From an uncultured Alphaproteobacteria bacterium (GTDB lineage Bacteria; Pseudomonadota; Alphaproteobacteria; CAVTAV01): a stretch of 64,000 bases of DNA. The notes below the pieces were generated by a model. The model had not been told where the DNA came from, made no database searches, and saw nothing but the letters and a program-made list of their open reading frames with translations. Shown here piece after piece: positions 30,351 to 39,979 of this stretch; within the stretch, counting starts at the first letter, position 1, and every line of letters begins with the position of its first letter. The DNA lies in the NCBI GenBank assembly GCA_963821875.1, contig CAWGFE010000002.1:3014021-3078020 (forward strand), given 5' to 3'. The position numbers were made by a program, and so were the translations under genes.

Positions 30351-32076
30351 CTAGTCGCTGTCTGCCCGGTAGACAACTTCTCCATTGATGATGGTCATCT
30401 TCACCTTGGTATTGTGAATATCCGTCACGGGGATCTTGTAGGGATCCCGGTCGGTTACCACCAGATCAGCCAGCATTCCCGGCTCAATCGTTCCAACCAG
30501 GTTTCTATGCTTCATTAAGACGGCGGAATTCACGGTGAACATATCCATCGCCTGCTTCAGCGTGATCCGCTCCTGGGCACCGAGCACCTCTCCACCGCCG
30601 CCCGGCTTCTGACGGGTCACCAGCGTTTCGATGGCCAGCCACGGATCGACCGAGGGAACGACCGACCAATCCGATCCGGGCACCACAAGTGCTCCGGAAT
30701 CGATCGCATCCTTGACCGGAATCCAGCGTTTCATCCGCTCCGGACCGATGGCCTTCTTGATGTCCGGAATAATCGGGTTCGGGTACCAGATGTATGGTGA
30801 CATCTCGAACGTTGCGGCAAGAGCGCGCCCACGCTTAATGTCGCTCATCTTCACGAAGCTGTTGTGTCCCGGATCATGCAGATTCCCCGAGGGACCGTTT
30901 GCTTTACGGGCTGCTTCGATCGCGTTCAGCGCCTCACGCACAGCTGCATCGCCGGCGGCATGAAACTTGACCGTCAAGCCTTCTTTGTCGAACCGCGTCA
31001 CGGCTCTACTCAGCACTTTCTGCGGCATCATGAGCAGGCCTTTCGCCCGCGGGCCCTTGGGATTCTTCGCGTCGGCATACGGATCTAGCATCGCCGCGGT
31101 GTGGCCGTCCGTCGGCACCCCATCGAGAAATATCTTGATGCAGCTCGGCGAGAAGCGGGCAGTCTTGTACAAGTTACGGCGCTGGATGGCCGTCTCGAAC
31201 ATCGGACTGCCGCCAGTCAGAGCGGAAGGCCGCCACATGATGCAGCCGACAACTCTGCTGCTTCAGCTCTCCTTCCTTGGAGAGTTCGTCATACGCCGCC
31301 ATGTTGTCTTCGCCTACGGCCGCGTCGGTGAGCGACGTGATGCCATAGGACAACATCTTATGAAGGGCCCACTTCAACGCTTTGACATTCTGTTCCGGAG
31401 TTGCCGGCGGGACCTTACTGCGAACCATATTGGCGCCGGCTTCCCGGAAGACGCCCGTCGGTTCACCCTTCGCATCACGCTCGATGATGCCGCCCGGCGG
31501 GTTCGGCGTCTTCGCCGTGACGCCAGCGACTTCTAGCGCCTTGGAATTCGCCCAAGCGCTATGCCCGCTGATATCGGTAAGCACGACTGGATTGTCCGGC
31601 GCTACCTTGTCCAACATCGCGCGGTTGGGCGGCGAGCCGATCGACGTGGCATCCCATTGTCCACCCGTGATCCACTCGCCTTTATTATGCTCTTTCACAC
31701 ATCCCGCGAGCGTCTTCTGAACGGTCGCCAGCGAGGAACCTTGGGGAAACCGGCATTGCAATTGCGCTAGTCCCGCCCCCATGGGATGGACATGCATGTC
31801 GTGCAAGCCCGGCAGGACGGTCGCGCCCTTCAGATCGATGACCTTGGTTTTGCCGGTCTTGTATTTGTCCACGGCTGAAGCGTCGCCAAGCCCGATGATG
31901 ACGCCTCTCTCCACGGCCATGGCCTGTACAGACCCTTTCGGCGTAACGATATCGCCGTTTGTCAGAATCATATCGGCCTGATCCTTCGCCGCGGCAGCCG
32001 TCAAGGCTGCTGCGGCACCAAGGGCCGCGATGGAAACCGCGGCGGCCAAAGCGTGTCGTCTGAACTGCTTCATAGT
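30351..32076 (-). pseudogene. secreted amidohydrolase-3 family protein, interrupted by a single-base frameshift near 31255-31262
   Basis: N-terminal ORF (31174..32223; signal MKQFRRHALAAAV.., HDMHVHP metal-binding motif) and C-terminal ORF (30351..31238), in different frames. They join as ...GELKQ / RVVGCIMWRP. Confidence 0.65.
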
Positions 32077-32379
32077 GTGACCCTCCAAGACTTCGTCCTC
32101 GTCAGGACAATTTAGCTCCCCGCTCGATGTCGCGCGCCGGACTGCGTTAGATCCTTTGCCGCACGCGTCCGAACGGACGATACCGTGGCAGGCGGGATCG
32201 AAACGATCCGGCGTCATCGACACTCAAGCTCTCCCGCGTATCGTAGTCGGCGTGCGACCGCGCCGCTTGCTTCAATTGGCCTGTGTCTTGACCGGTTGTG
32301 CCAACGAACCTGGCTGCCACGTGAAGCATGGGCTGGAGCGCCAATCGGCGGCCGTCAAGATATTTCCAAACGTTTCCAA

Positions 32380-32577
32380 TTACTTGGATCTATTTTTAAG
32401 AACCATTTCGCCGCCGATGATGACCATCTGCACCGTGGTCCGATGGACATCCGTTATCGAATCCGAAAAGGATTGCGATCGAGAACAATCACATCCCCCA
32501 GCAGGCCCCGGACGTATGCTTCCAAGGATAGTTGCCTGCCTCATCTGACGCGCGGAGTTGACCGTGAACAGGTCCAT
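32380..32577 (-). pseudogene. second amidohydrolase C-terminal remnant (degenerate paralog)
   Basis: MDLFTVNSARQMRQATILGSI...QMVIIGGEMVLKNRSK parallels the C-terminus of the 30351 gene (MDMFTVNSAVLMKHRNLVGTIEPGMLADLVV...KMTIINGEVVYRADSD), with an internal frame disruption. Confidence 0.4.
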
Positions 32578-32759
32578 CGCTCGCGCCCATCCCGAGGAGA
32601 AGTAGATCTAACCATGAACCAAGACGAGATCTGCGGACCCGGTTGGCCGACACAAGCAAAACCGATCACCGCAGTGAATAGCCTACTCCGAAAACCAGCC
32701 ATCGATGCCTCTTCAGTCTCTCGCCATCGCCTGAGATAGGCGGCGCCGCCGAAAACGGA

Positions 32760-33866
32760 TCACGATGTAAAGGGCAAGAATTCCATGCCTAAGGCCTGCG
32801 CGACGGCTTGATGAGCGATGTGACCGTCGTAGATGTTGAGGCCGCTGCCGAGATGCTTGTCCTGCGACATCGCTTGTCTCGTCCCAAGCTCCGCCAGCGC
32901 CCGTATGTGTGGCAATGTGGCATTTGTAAGCGCGACAGTGGACGTGCGAGCAAATGCACCCGGCATATTGGTGACGCAATAATGGACGATCCCATCGACC
33001 TCGAAAGTGGGGTCGGCATGCGTCGTCGGTCGGCTTGTCTCGAAGCAACCGCCCTGATCGATCGAAATGTCGACCATGACCGACCCCTTCCTCATATGTC
33101 CGAGCATGTTCCTCGTGACGAGCTTCGGAGCGGCAGCACCCGCAATAAGCACGGCGCCGATGACCAGATCGGCATTCGCAACCAGTCTTTCGATGGTCTC
33201 TGCCGTCGCGTATTCCGTCTTTAGTCGGGATCCGAAGATCGCCGCGATTTCGCGCAGCCGTTTCGTCGACCGGTCGACAACTGTCACGTCTGCTGTCAAT
33301 CCGACCGCCATCTCCGCGGCATGGCTTCCCGCCACTCCACCGCCAAGGACGACCACTCGTCCCGGCGACACTCCCGGAACGCCGCCCAATAGAACACCGG
33401 ATCCACCGAAGGCCTTCTGAAGGCACATAGCGCCGACTTGGACCGACATCCGGCCCGCAACCTCGCTCATTGGCGTCAACAGCGGCAACGAACCGTCGGA
33501 AGCTGTCACAGTTTCATAGGCAATGGCCGTCACACCCGATTGCAACAAGGCTTGCACCAGGTCCGGAGCGGCGGCCAAGTGAAGATAGGTGAAGAGAGTT
33601 TGGTCGGCGCGCAAAAATTTACATTCTCCGAGTTGTGGCTCTTTCACTTTGATGATCAGGTCGGCTCGATCAAAGACGTCTTCAGCGTATTCCAGAAGCT
33701 GCGCTCCCGCAGCTTCATACATGGCGTCGCTGAAGCCCACACCTGCACCCGCGTCGCGTTGAACAAAGACGTCGTGGCCCGCGTCGATCAGCTCGCGCAC
33801 GCCGGAAGGAACCATACCAACACGATACTCGTGAACCTTTATTTCCTTTGGAATTCCCACGCGCAT
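32760..33866 (-). CDS. ald: alanine dehydrogenase
   Basis: [18 protein letters not shown]-terminus, a [11 protein letters not shown] motif, and AlaDH/PNT family blocks. Confidence 0.9.
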   Translation of the reverse strand: MRVGIPKEIKVHEYRVGMVPSGVRELIDAGHDVFVQRDAGAGVGFSDAMYEAAGAQLLEYAEDVFDRADLIIKVKEPQLGECKFLRADQTLFTYLHLAAAPDLVQALLQSGVTAIAYETVTASDGSLPLLTPMSEVAGRMSVQVGAMCLQKAFGGSGVLLGGVPGVSPGRVVVLGGGVAGSHAAEMAVGLTADVTVVDRSTKRLREIAAIFGSRLKTEYATAETIERLVANADLVIGAVLIAGAAAPKLVTRNMLGHMRKGSVMVDISIDQGGCFETSRPTTHADPTFEVDGIVHYCVTNMPGAFARTSTVALTNATLPHIRALAELGTRQAMSQDKHLGSGLNIYDGHIAHQAVAQALGMEFLPFTS

Positions 33867-34063
33867 TGCTTGTTTCACTGTCCTTGTTACTTCTAACCAA
33901 ACATAGGGATCCGTAACATCCCTGTCGTTTTACAGCGTCAATTTTCCGAGAACGCCGGATAGCCTGCTTCCCCGTCGATGACGGTCGTCGGAACCTTGGT
34001 TTTGTCGAAAAAAAGCCGGGGCCAGGGCACTCACGAAGAGGCCCCGGTCCGCGGTTAACGGAG

Positions 34064-36445
34064 TCAATACCTGTAGATCGCGGTGAGACCGACAGTGCGG
34101 GGCCGGAAAGTTGTTCGCTGATAGAGAATTACCGGGCCCGGCGGAGTGCTCTGCGACAGAATCGTGTGCGAATTGAGAAGATTGTTGACAAAGATGGAAA
34201 GGTCGACGTCCGACAGTTTTGTACCGATTCGAGCCGACAGAAGATTCGTTTCCGGAAGCAGGAATAGGTTGCTCGGATTGAAGGTCCCATTTGTCGGATT
34301 GGTCCCTGGCGTTATGCCTGACTGACCGCTTTGGTACTGATAATCGACTCGGGCGAAGCTGTCGTGATCGCCAAAGGCCGTGAAATTGTACTGTGCGGAA
34401 AATGCGCCGGTCCACGGTGAACCTGGAATGTGATCACCTTTGGTGACGAGATTGGTCGTCGCGGCTGGACCTCCCTGAACAGTCTGATCGAACTTCGCGT
34501 TCGTGTATCCGAATGAAAGCGAAATGACGAGATCGTCCACCGGTTCGACTTCCACCTGAAAGTCGACGCCCTTACTGGTAGCCGACCCCAAATTCGTGAC
34601 AAAGGTGAAGCCGCAGGAGTTGAGCGCGACTTGCTGCTGAATATTTCCCCAGTCGACATAGAAGGCACTTGAGCTGACCCGCAAACGTCCTCCAGCGAAT
34701 GAATTTTTCGATCCGACTTCGTAGCTCCACACATGATCCGAGCTATAGAGTTGAGGGGCCGCAGGCAGACCGAGGCTGGCAAGTTGCCCTCCGCAAGGCA
34801 AGCCGACCCGTGGATTATATCCTCCAATCCGGTACCCCTTGGCGACGCTGGCATAGACCATGTTGTCCGCATCGATTTTATAGGAAATGCCGCCCTTCGG
34901 CGTAATCGGGCTCTCTTTTTGCGACCCCGAATCGGCAACGTCCGGACCGACGACCGGCCCTCGATATTTGGCCTGAGCGTCGACGGTCGTTCTGGCCACC
35001 CGAATGCCCGCCGTTAGCGTGAGCTTATCGGTGACTTTGAGATCGGCCTGGCCGTACCCGGCGATCTGCTCGTCAGTCGCTTCGATCGGATCGGCGACGA
35101 AAGTGTATAGCCCATCGACGAGTCCTTGCCCGAAGAACGCGTTGAACGGAATCCCTGTATTCGCCTGAAACAGCGCCGGCAGGAACGTATCCTGCACGAA
35201 CTGACGAGCACTCTGATGGGCGTGCGTAAAGAATCCGCCAATCACCCACGTCAGGCGCGCGTCGTCGTTGGCGGATTGGAAGCGCACCTCTTGCGTCCAA
35301 TTCTTTTGAACATTGTACTGATTAGTCGGCGCGTAGAAGCCGGCGGGAAAGAACGCATTCGCTGCCCAGATTCCAGCTTCAAAGGCGGAATAGTCGTTGA
35401 TCGAGTGGTTATGGCGATCGAAATAGGACGTGTTCGACACAACGTCGACTCCGCCCAAATGCAGTTCGATCTTGAGGGACGGCAGCACGAACTTGTCTTT
35501 GCTAACGGCAGCCAGCGAGTTCCCGTTATTGAATTTGCCGTTGGACGGATCGGAAAGGACGGCCCAATAACTTGGTGTGTCGTTCAGACGAAGGTCCTGA
35601 TAGTAGATCGATGGCGTAATAGAGAGATTTTCGCTGGGAGCGAAAGTGAGGGCCGCCTTTAGGACGATCGAGTTTTGCCAGTTCGAATTGTTGTCCAGAG
35701 TATTTGTCGGCGCGTGAGTCGTGCGATCCCAGTCGACTCGATCAACCCAACCGCCATCTCTCCGATACCAGCCGCTGATACGGAAGCCAACTTTGTCCTG
35801 TACGATTGGCGCGCCGATCGCGGCGCCAGCTTCATAGCTGGGGTCACCACTTTCCGTGTAGCCAAGCTCCGAGCGCGCATAGGCTGAGAACTTATCGAGG
35901 TTCGGCTGCGGCGTTATGAACCGTACAGTACCGCCTTCCGACCCTGCGCCAAACAGCGTACCCTGAGGCCCGCGCAGAACCTCGACGCGCTCAACATCAA
36001 AGACTTCCGGAAAACTGTTGAAGGCGCTGTATCCGAGGGAACGCGACTGTATCGGTGTATCGTCGATATAAATGCCGGTCGTAGACGACCCAGCAGTCGA
36101 CGAAATGCCTCGGATCGCAATGTTTGACGCCAAGCCGTTTCGTGCGTCCGCTCTCGCAAACGAAATCCCGGGCGTTAGACGAGCCAGATCATCGATCTTG
36201 CGCACGCCTTGCATATCCATCCTCGCCTGACTGAAGGCACTCACGCTGATAGGAACGTTGGCCAGACTTTCACTGCGCCGTTGAGCGGTCACCATCACCT
36301 CTGGCAGGGCCCCAACTTCGGCGACCGTAGATTGAGCCGCATCTTCGGCGGCAGAAGCTCGCGCCAAAGGAAGACATGCGGATATAGCAAGCACAGATAC
36401 GGCACCCCAAGCACCGATAGCATTTCGTTCGGCTGACCAGCTCAT
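34064..36445 (-). CDS. TonB-dependent receptor
   Basis: Start MSWSAERN.. with a GGGAGG RBS, signal peptide, a plug domain (EVMVTAQRRSESLANVPISVSAF) and a C-terminal ...AIYRY. Confidence 0.9.
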   Translation of the reverse strand: MSWSAERNAIGAWGAVSVLAISACLPLARASAAEDAAQSTVAEVGALPEVMVTAQRRSESLANVPISVSAFSQARMDMQGVRKIDDLARLTPGISFARADARNGLASNIAIRGISSTAGSSTTGIYIDDTPIQSRSLGYSAFNSFPEVFDVERVEVLRGPQGTLFGAGSEGGTVRFITPQPNLDKFSAYARSELGYTESGDPSYEAGAAIGAPIVQDKVGFRISGWYRRDGGWVDRVDWDRTTHAPTNTLDNNSNWQNSIVLKAALTFAPSENLSITPSIYYQDLRLNDTPSYWAVLSDPSNGKFNNGNSLAAVSKDKFVLPSLKIELHLGGVDVVSNTSYFDRHNHSINDYSAFEAGIWAANAFFPAGFYAPTNQYNVQKNWTQEVRFQSANDDARLTWVIGGFFTHAHQSARQFVQDTFLPALFQANTGIPFNAFFGQGLVDGLYTFVADPIEATDEQIAGYGQADLKVTDKLTLTAGIRVARTTVDAQAKYRGPVVGPDVADSGSQKESPITPKGGISYKIDADNMVYASVAKGYRIGGYNPRVGLPCGGQLASLGLPAAPQLYSSDHVWSYEVGSKNSFAGGRLRVSSSAFYVDWGNIQQQVALNSCGFTFVTNLGSATSKGVDFQVEVEPVDDLVISLSFGYTNAKFDQTVQGGPAATTNLVTKGDHIPGSPWTGAFSAQYNFTAFGDHDSFARVDYQYQSGQSGITPGTNPTNGTFNPSNLFLLPETNLLSARIGTKLSDVDLSIFVNNLLNSHTILSQSTPPGPVILYQRTTFRPRTVGLTAIYRY

Positions 36446-36825
36446 TTGACGACCTCCCGACAAATCCCTGATATCCCAACCACAGCCGGTTGACCCGCGG
36501 TTGTTTGGTCTTCGCGACCAGTAATTGCGCCGCACCACACCCAGCATGAGAGGCTGTAGCGTAGAAGCGCTACAGATCGACTGTGCGACGCATTGTTTAC
36601 GAGTTTGCCTGAGCTATCGCGCAGGTTCTTGCTTGCGCTGGCCAATAACTTGACCGGCTTTGCCAATCGAACGCGGGCCGAGCCACCTTCTCCGAAACCC
36701 GGCTTTCAAGGGAATTTAGCGCTCTGAATCGAGACTTAAGTCCGGAGCTTTGCTCGCGTCACGCTGAACGGCGCCGTATTGATCATACGGGTCATGTCAG
36801 CTGCTTCTGATGAGTAGCTGACGGC

Positions 36826-37612
36826 TCATGCCTGCCGGGATCCAAGGCGCTTTGAGATCTGCTCCGCAACTTGCAGAACCTCCCTAACGAGACTGCCTTT
36901 CAGCGACAGGTCGAAGCTCCCTGTGTAGCCCAACGCAATCAAGGCCATTGCCATCATCCCGTTGTAGTCGAATACAGGCGCTGCTATTCCGCTGATGCCC
37001 GGGATGAAATCGCTCGTTCTCGCAATACCGTGACGTCGCGTCTGCTGCACCCAATGGTCCACTTCCTCGCGGGTCAAGGGTTGAAGACCGAGCCGCACAT
37101 TGTCCGTCAATTCGTCCGCCAGCAGCCTGGCAGTCATTTCATGGGGCAAGAAAGCCAGAAACGCGCCACCCGTCGCGGAGCGCGTGAGAGGCAAGACCGA
37201 CCCCAACCGGAGGCTCGCTGAAACCGGCGTATCGGACCCAAACCATCGAACGATCGTAGGTCCCTTATTCCCCCAGACGGCAACCGCAACTGTCTGTTGG
37301 AGCGACTCGCCAAGATCTCTGAGGATTGGTGTCGCCTGCTGGACCGGCTCCATTCGTGCCAAAGCGCTCAAGCCCAAATGCAAGGAGAATTCCCCAAGGT
37401 CATATCGTCCGGTCGCCGGATCTTGCTCCACGAGTTCCCATCCTCATGAAGCTCACCAGATATCGGTGGGCCTTCGCGGCCGGCATTTTGGCGGCCGCCG
37501 CAAGATCGCGGAGCATCATGGCATGCGAGGACTCAACTAACGCTCTGAGCAGCGCGGCGCCGACCTCGATCGACTGGACACCCTTACGGCTCTTCTCGGT
37601 CTCGTCACTCAT
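36826..37612 (-). pseudogene. IclR-family transcriptional regulator, interrupted by a single-base frameshift near 37427-37431
   Basis: The HTH N-terminus (37400..37612: GVQSIEVGAALLRAL...AHRYLVSFMRMG) and the effector domain (36826..37431) lie in different frames. The expected junction MRMG-LVEQDPATGRY is broken by one extra base. Confidence 0.65.
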
Positions 37613-37696
37613 GACGGCGGCATCCCATGTTGACAGAAGCGATCAGAGAATTTACGCTTTGTGAAATACATTTTATAATACGTAATTCCATGGCAG

Positions 37697-39241
37697 GTGA
37701 CCATGATGTCGGCAAAAGGGGAATGCAGCATGCGAGAGAATAGCTTGACCGGCAATGACAAGCATTCGGCAGGAGCGCGAAAGGGTGCACAAATCTTGCA
37801 GCGGCTCCGCGACCGGCCTCCGTCGATCTGGTACCGGGGCGAGCAGGTCCGCGATGTAACGGCGCATCCGGCTCTCGAAGGCGGCGTGCAGACGCTTGCG
37901 GAACTTTACGACCTTCAATGGCGGAACCCTGACGTTTCTCTCTACAAATCGCCCACGACCGGCGACTTGGTTGCGCGGTCTTTCATGATGCCACGAACTC
38001 ATGAAGAACTGCACAGCGTCACGAAGGCGATGAAGGTATGGGCGAATTACGCCTTTGGCATGATGGGGCGCGTGCCCGACTATATTAATCGGGCAATGAC
38101 GGGCTATGCCGCGGGGGCGCCGTTTCTCGCGGAAGCCGACCCTCGATTCGGCGAGAACGCCACCCGCTATTACGAGTATCTGCGAGAAAACGACCTTTGC
38201 TTGACCCACACACTGATCCCTCCCCAGGCCAATCGCGCAGCGAGCTCGGCGAACCAAGCCGATCCGTTTCTGGCCGCGCGCGTCAAGGAGGAAACCGACG
38301 CCGGGATCGTCGTGCGTGGGTGCCGGATGCTGGCGACCCTTCCGATCTCGGACGAAATCATGGTCTTCCCGTCCACTCTCCTGAAGAGTCCCGAAGAGGA
38401 CGCACCTTATGCCTTCGGCTTCGTTATCCCGAACGACACCCCCGGCTTGCGTTTCATATGCCGCGAGAGTGTCGACTACGGACGGTCCCATTTCGATCAT
38501 CCGCTCGGATCGCGGTTCGAAGAGATGGACGCGGTCGTTGTCTTTGATGACGTCTTCGTCCCTTGGGAGAACATATTCCTGTATCGCGATATAGATCGCT
38601 GCAATCAGGCCTATGCACGAACCGGCGCGGTCGTGCACATGACACATCAGGTTCTCGTCAAAAACATCGCGAAGACGGAATTCCTGCTGGGTCTGGCTTC
38701 GTTGCTGGTCAATACGATCGGCGTGGAGGTCTTCCAACATATCCAAGAAAAGCTTGCGGAGATCTGGGTCAATCTCGAAACGATGAAAGCGCTTTTGCGC
38801 GCCTCGGAAGCGGATGCCACTCTGGACGAATGGGGCGTGATGCGGCCCGCCTGGAATCCACTCGACGCCGCACGCAATCTGTACCCGAAATTGTATCCCC
38901 GAATGGTCGAGATCATTCAACAGATCGGGGCTAGCGGTCTGGTCGCGATGCCGACCGAGGCGGATCTCAAGGGTCCGCTCGTGGACGACATCAAGAAGTA
39001 TTATCAGGCGGCCCGCGCTGACGCCTTCGACCGGATCCCGATCTTCCGTCTTGCCTGGGACACGGCGCTCTCGGCCTTCGGGTCTCGTCAGGTACTGTAC
39101 GAACGCTTCTTCTTTGGGGATCCCGTTCGGATGGCCGGCGCTCTGGTGGCGGGACATGGCGCCGAAATAAAAGAGCTTGCTGGTAGAGTCCAAGAGTTCG
39201 TCAAAACGACGAAAGACGAGGCTTTCTCAGAGACCCCTTAA
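37697..39241 (+). CDS. hpaB: 4-hydroxyphenylacetate 3-monooxygenase oxygenase component family (HpaB-like)
   Basis: 514 aa; IWYRGEQVRDVTAHPAL near the N-terminus plus other HpaB family blocks. Divergent from the IclR gene. The start may instead be at 37730. Confidence 0.85.
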   Translation: MTMMSAKGECSMRENSLTGNDKHSAGARKGAQILQRLRDRPPSIWYRGEQVRDVTAHPALEGGVQTLAELYDLQWRNPDVSLYKSPTTGDLVARSFMMPRTHEELHSVTKAMKVWANYAFGMMGRVPDYINRAMTGYAAGAPFLAEADPRFGENATRYYEYLRENDLCLTHTLIPPQANRAASSANQADPFLAARVKEETDAGIVVRGCRMLATLPISDEIMVFPSTLLKSPEEDAPYAFGFVIPNDTPGLRFICRESVDYGRSHFDHPLGSRFEEMDAVVVFDDVFVPWENIFLYRDIDRCNQAYARTGAVVHMTHQVLVKNIAKTEFLLGLASLLVNTIGVEVFQHIQEKLAEIWVNLETMKALLRASEADATLDEWGVMRPAWNPLDAARNLYPKLYPRMVEIIQQIGASGLVAMPTEADLKGPLVDDIKKYYQAARADAFDRIPIFRLAWDTALSAFGSRQVLYERFFFGDPVRMAGALVAGHGAEIKELAGRVQEFVKTTKDEAFSETP

Positions 39242-39333
39242 CCGCGCCGCCGAAATTGAGCGACACCCTTTCGACAGGCGTCAGTCAGTATCATCGAGAT
39301 ATCCTAAGACGACGAAGACGAAGGTGCTGCCCA

Positions 39334-39891
39334 ATGACATTGAGTCAACGAGAGTTCCGAACAGCGATCGGACACTTTGCAACCGGCGTCGCCGTCATAG
39401 CCGCACAAGTCGGCGACGAGGTTCACGCTATGACGGCAAACGCGGTGTCGTCTCTCTCACTCGATCCTATGCTCATCCTCTTCTGCCCGAGCAAAGGGGC
39501 TCGCTTCGCTCAGTTCTTGCCGGAACTGACGGCATTCAGCATCAACATTCTGCGCGAAGAACAGCAGGCGTTGTCGAACTTCTTCGCGGGGGCATGGCGA
39601 GGCACACAGGCGCCGGCCTTCCGCTTTGTCCGTACGGCGGCCGGACCGCGCCTGGAAGGTGCTTTAGCCTCGCTGAACTGCGAACTCCTTGAGACTCTCG
39701 AAGGCGGGGATCATCTGGTCGTAATCGGACGTGTAACAGCGACACATATCGGCACGAGCCCGCGTCAACCCCTGATCTTCTTCAAAGGGCAGTATCGATC
39801 AATGAGTCTTGCGGAAGAGTCGCCGGCTCCCGATCTAGCCAATGTCAACGATGAGCCGGCGCATATATTTTACATGGGCACTCAACGTTAG
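39334..39891 (+). CDS. hpaC: flavin reductase (HpaC-like)
   Basis: FRTAIGHFATGVAVIA...MTANAVSSLSLDPML flavin reductase-like domain. The start is chosen at MTLSQREF; the track ORF begins at 39256. Confidence 0.8.
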   Translation: MTLSQREFRTAIGHFATGVAVIAAQVGDEVHAMTANAVSSLSLDPMLILFCPSKGARFAQFLPELTAFSINILREEQQALSNFFAGAWRGTQAPAFRFVRTAAGPRLEGALASLNCELLETLEGGDHLVVIGRVTATHIGTSPRQPLIFFKGQYRSMSLAEESPAPDLANVNDEPAHIFYMGTQR

Positions 39892-39979
39892 GCGCATGGG
39901 CCATGCGGGAGAAGCTTTTTACAATCGCCGAACTGGAACGTCGAGATAGCGTCATTCGGCACACGATAAGAGTTCACGG

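Noticed and set aside
36551-36576. Hairpin GCTGTAGCG-tagaa-GCGCTACAG upstream of the second TonB-dependent receptor
   Set aside because: It could be an operator or attenuator, but it is a single short stem with no supporting repeats. Not called.
37673-39193. 506-aa minus-strand ORF
   Set aside because: Antisense shadow of the HpaB-like gene.
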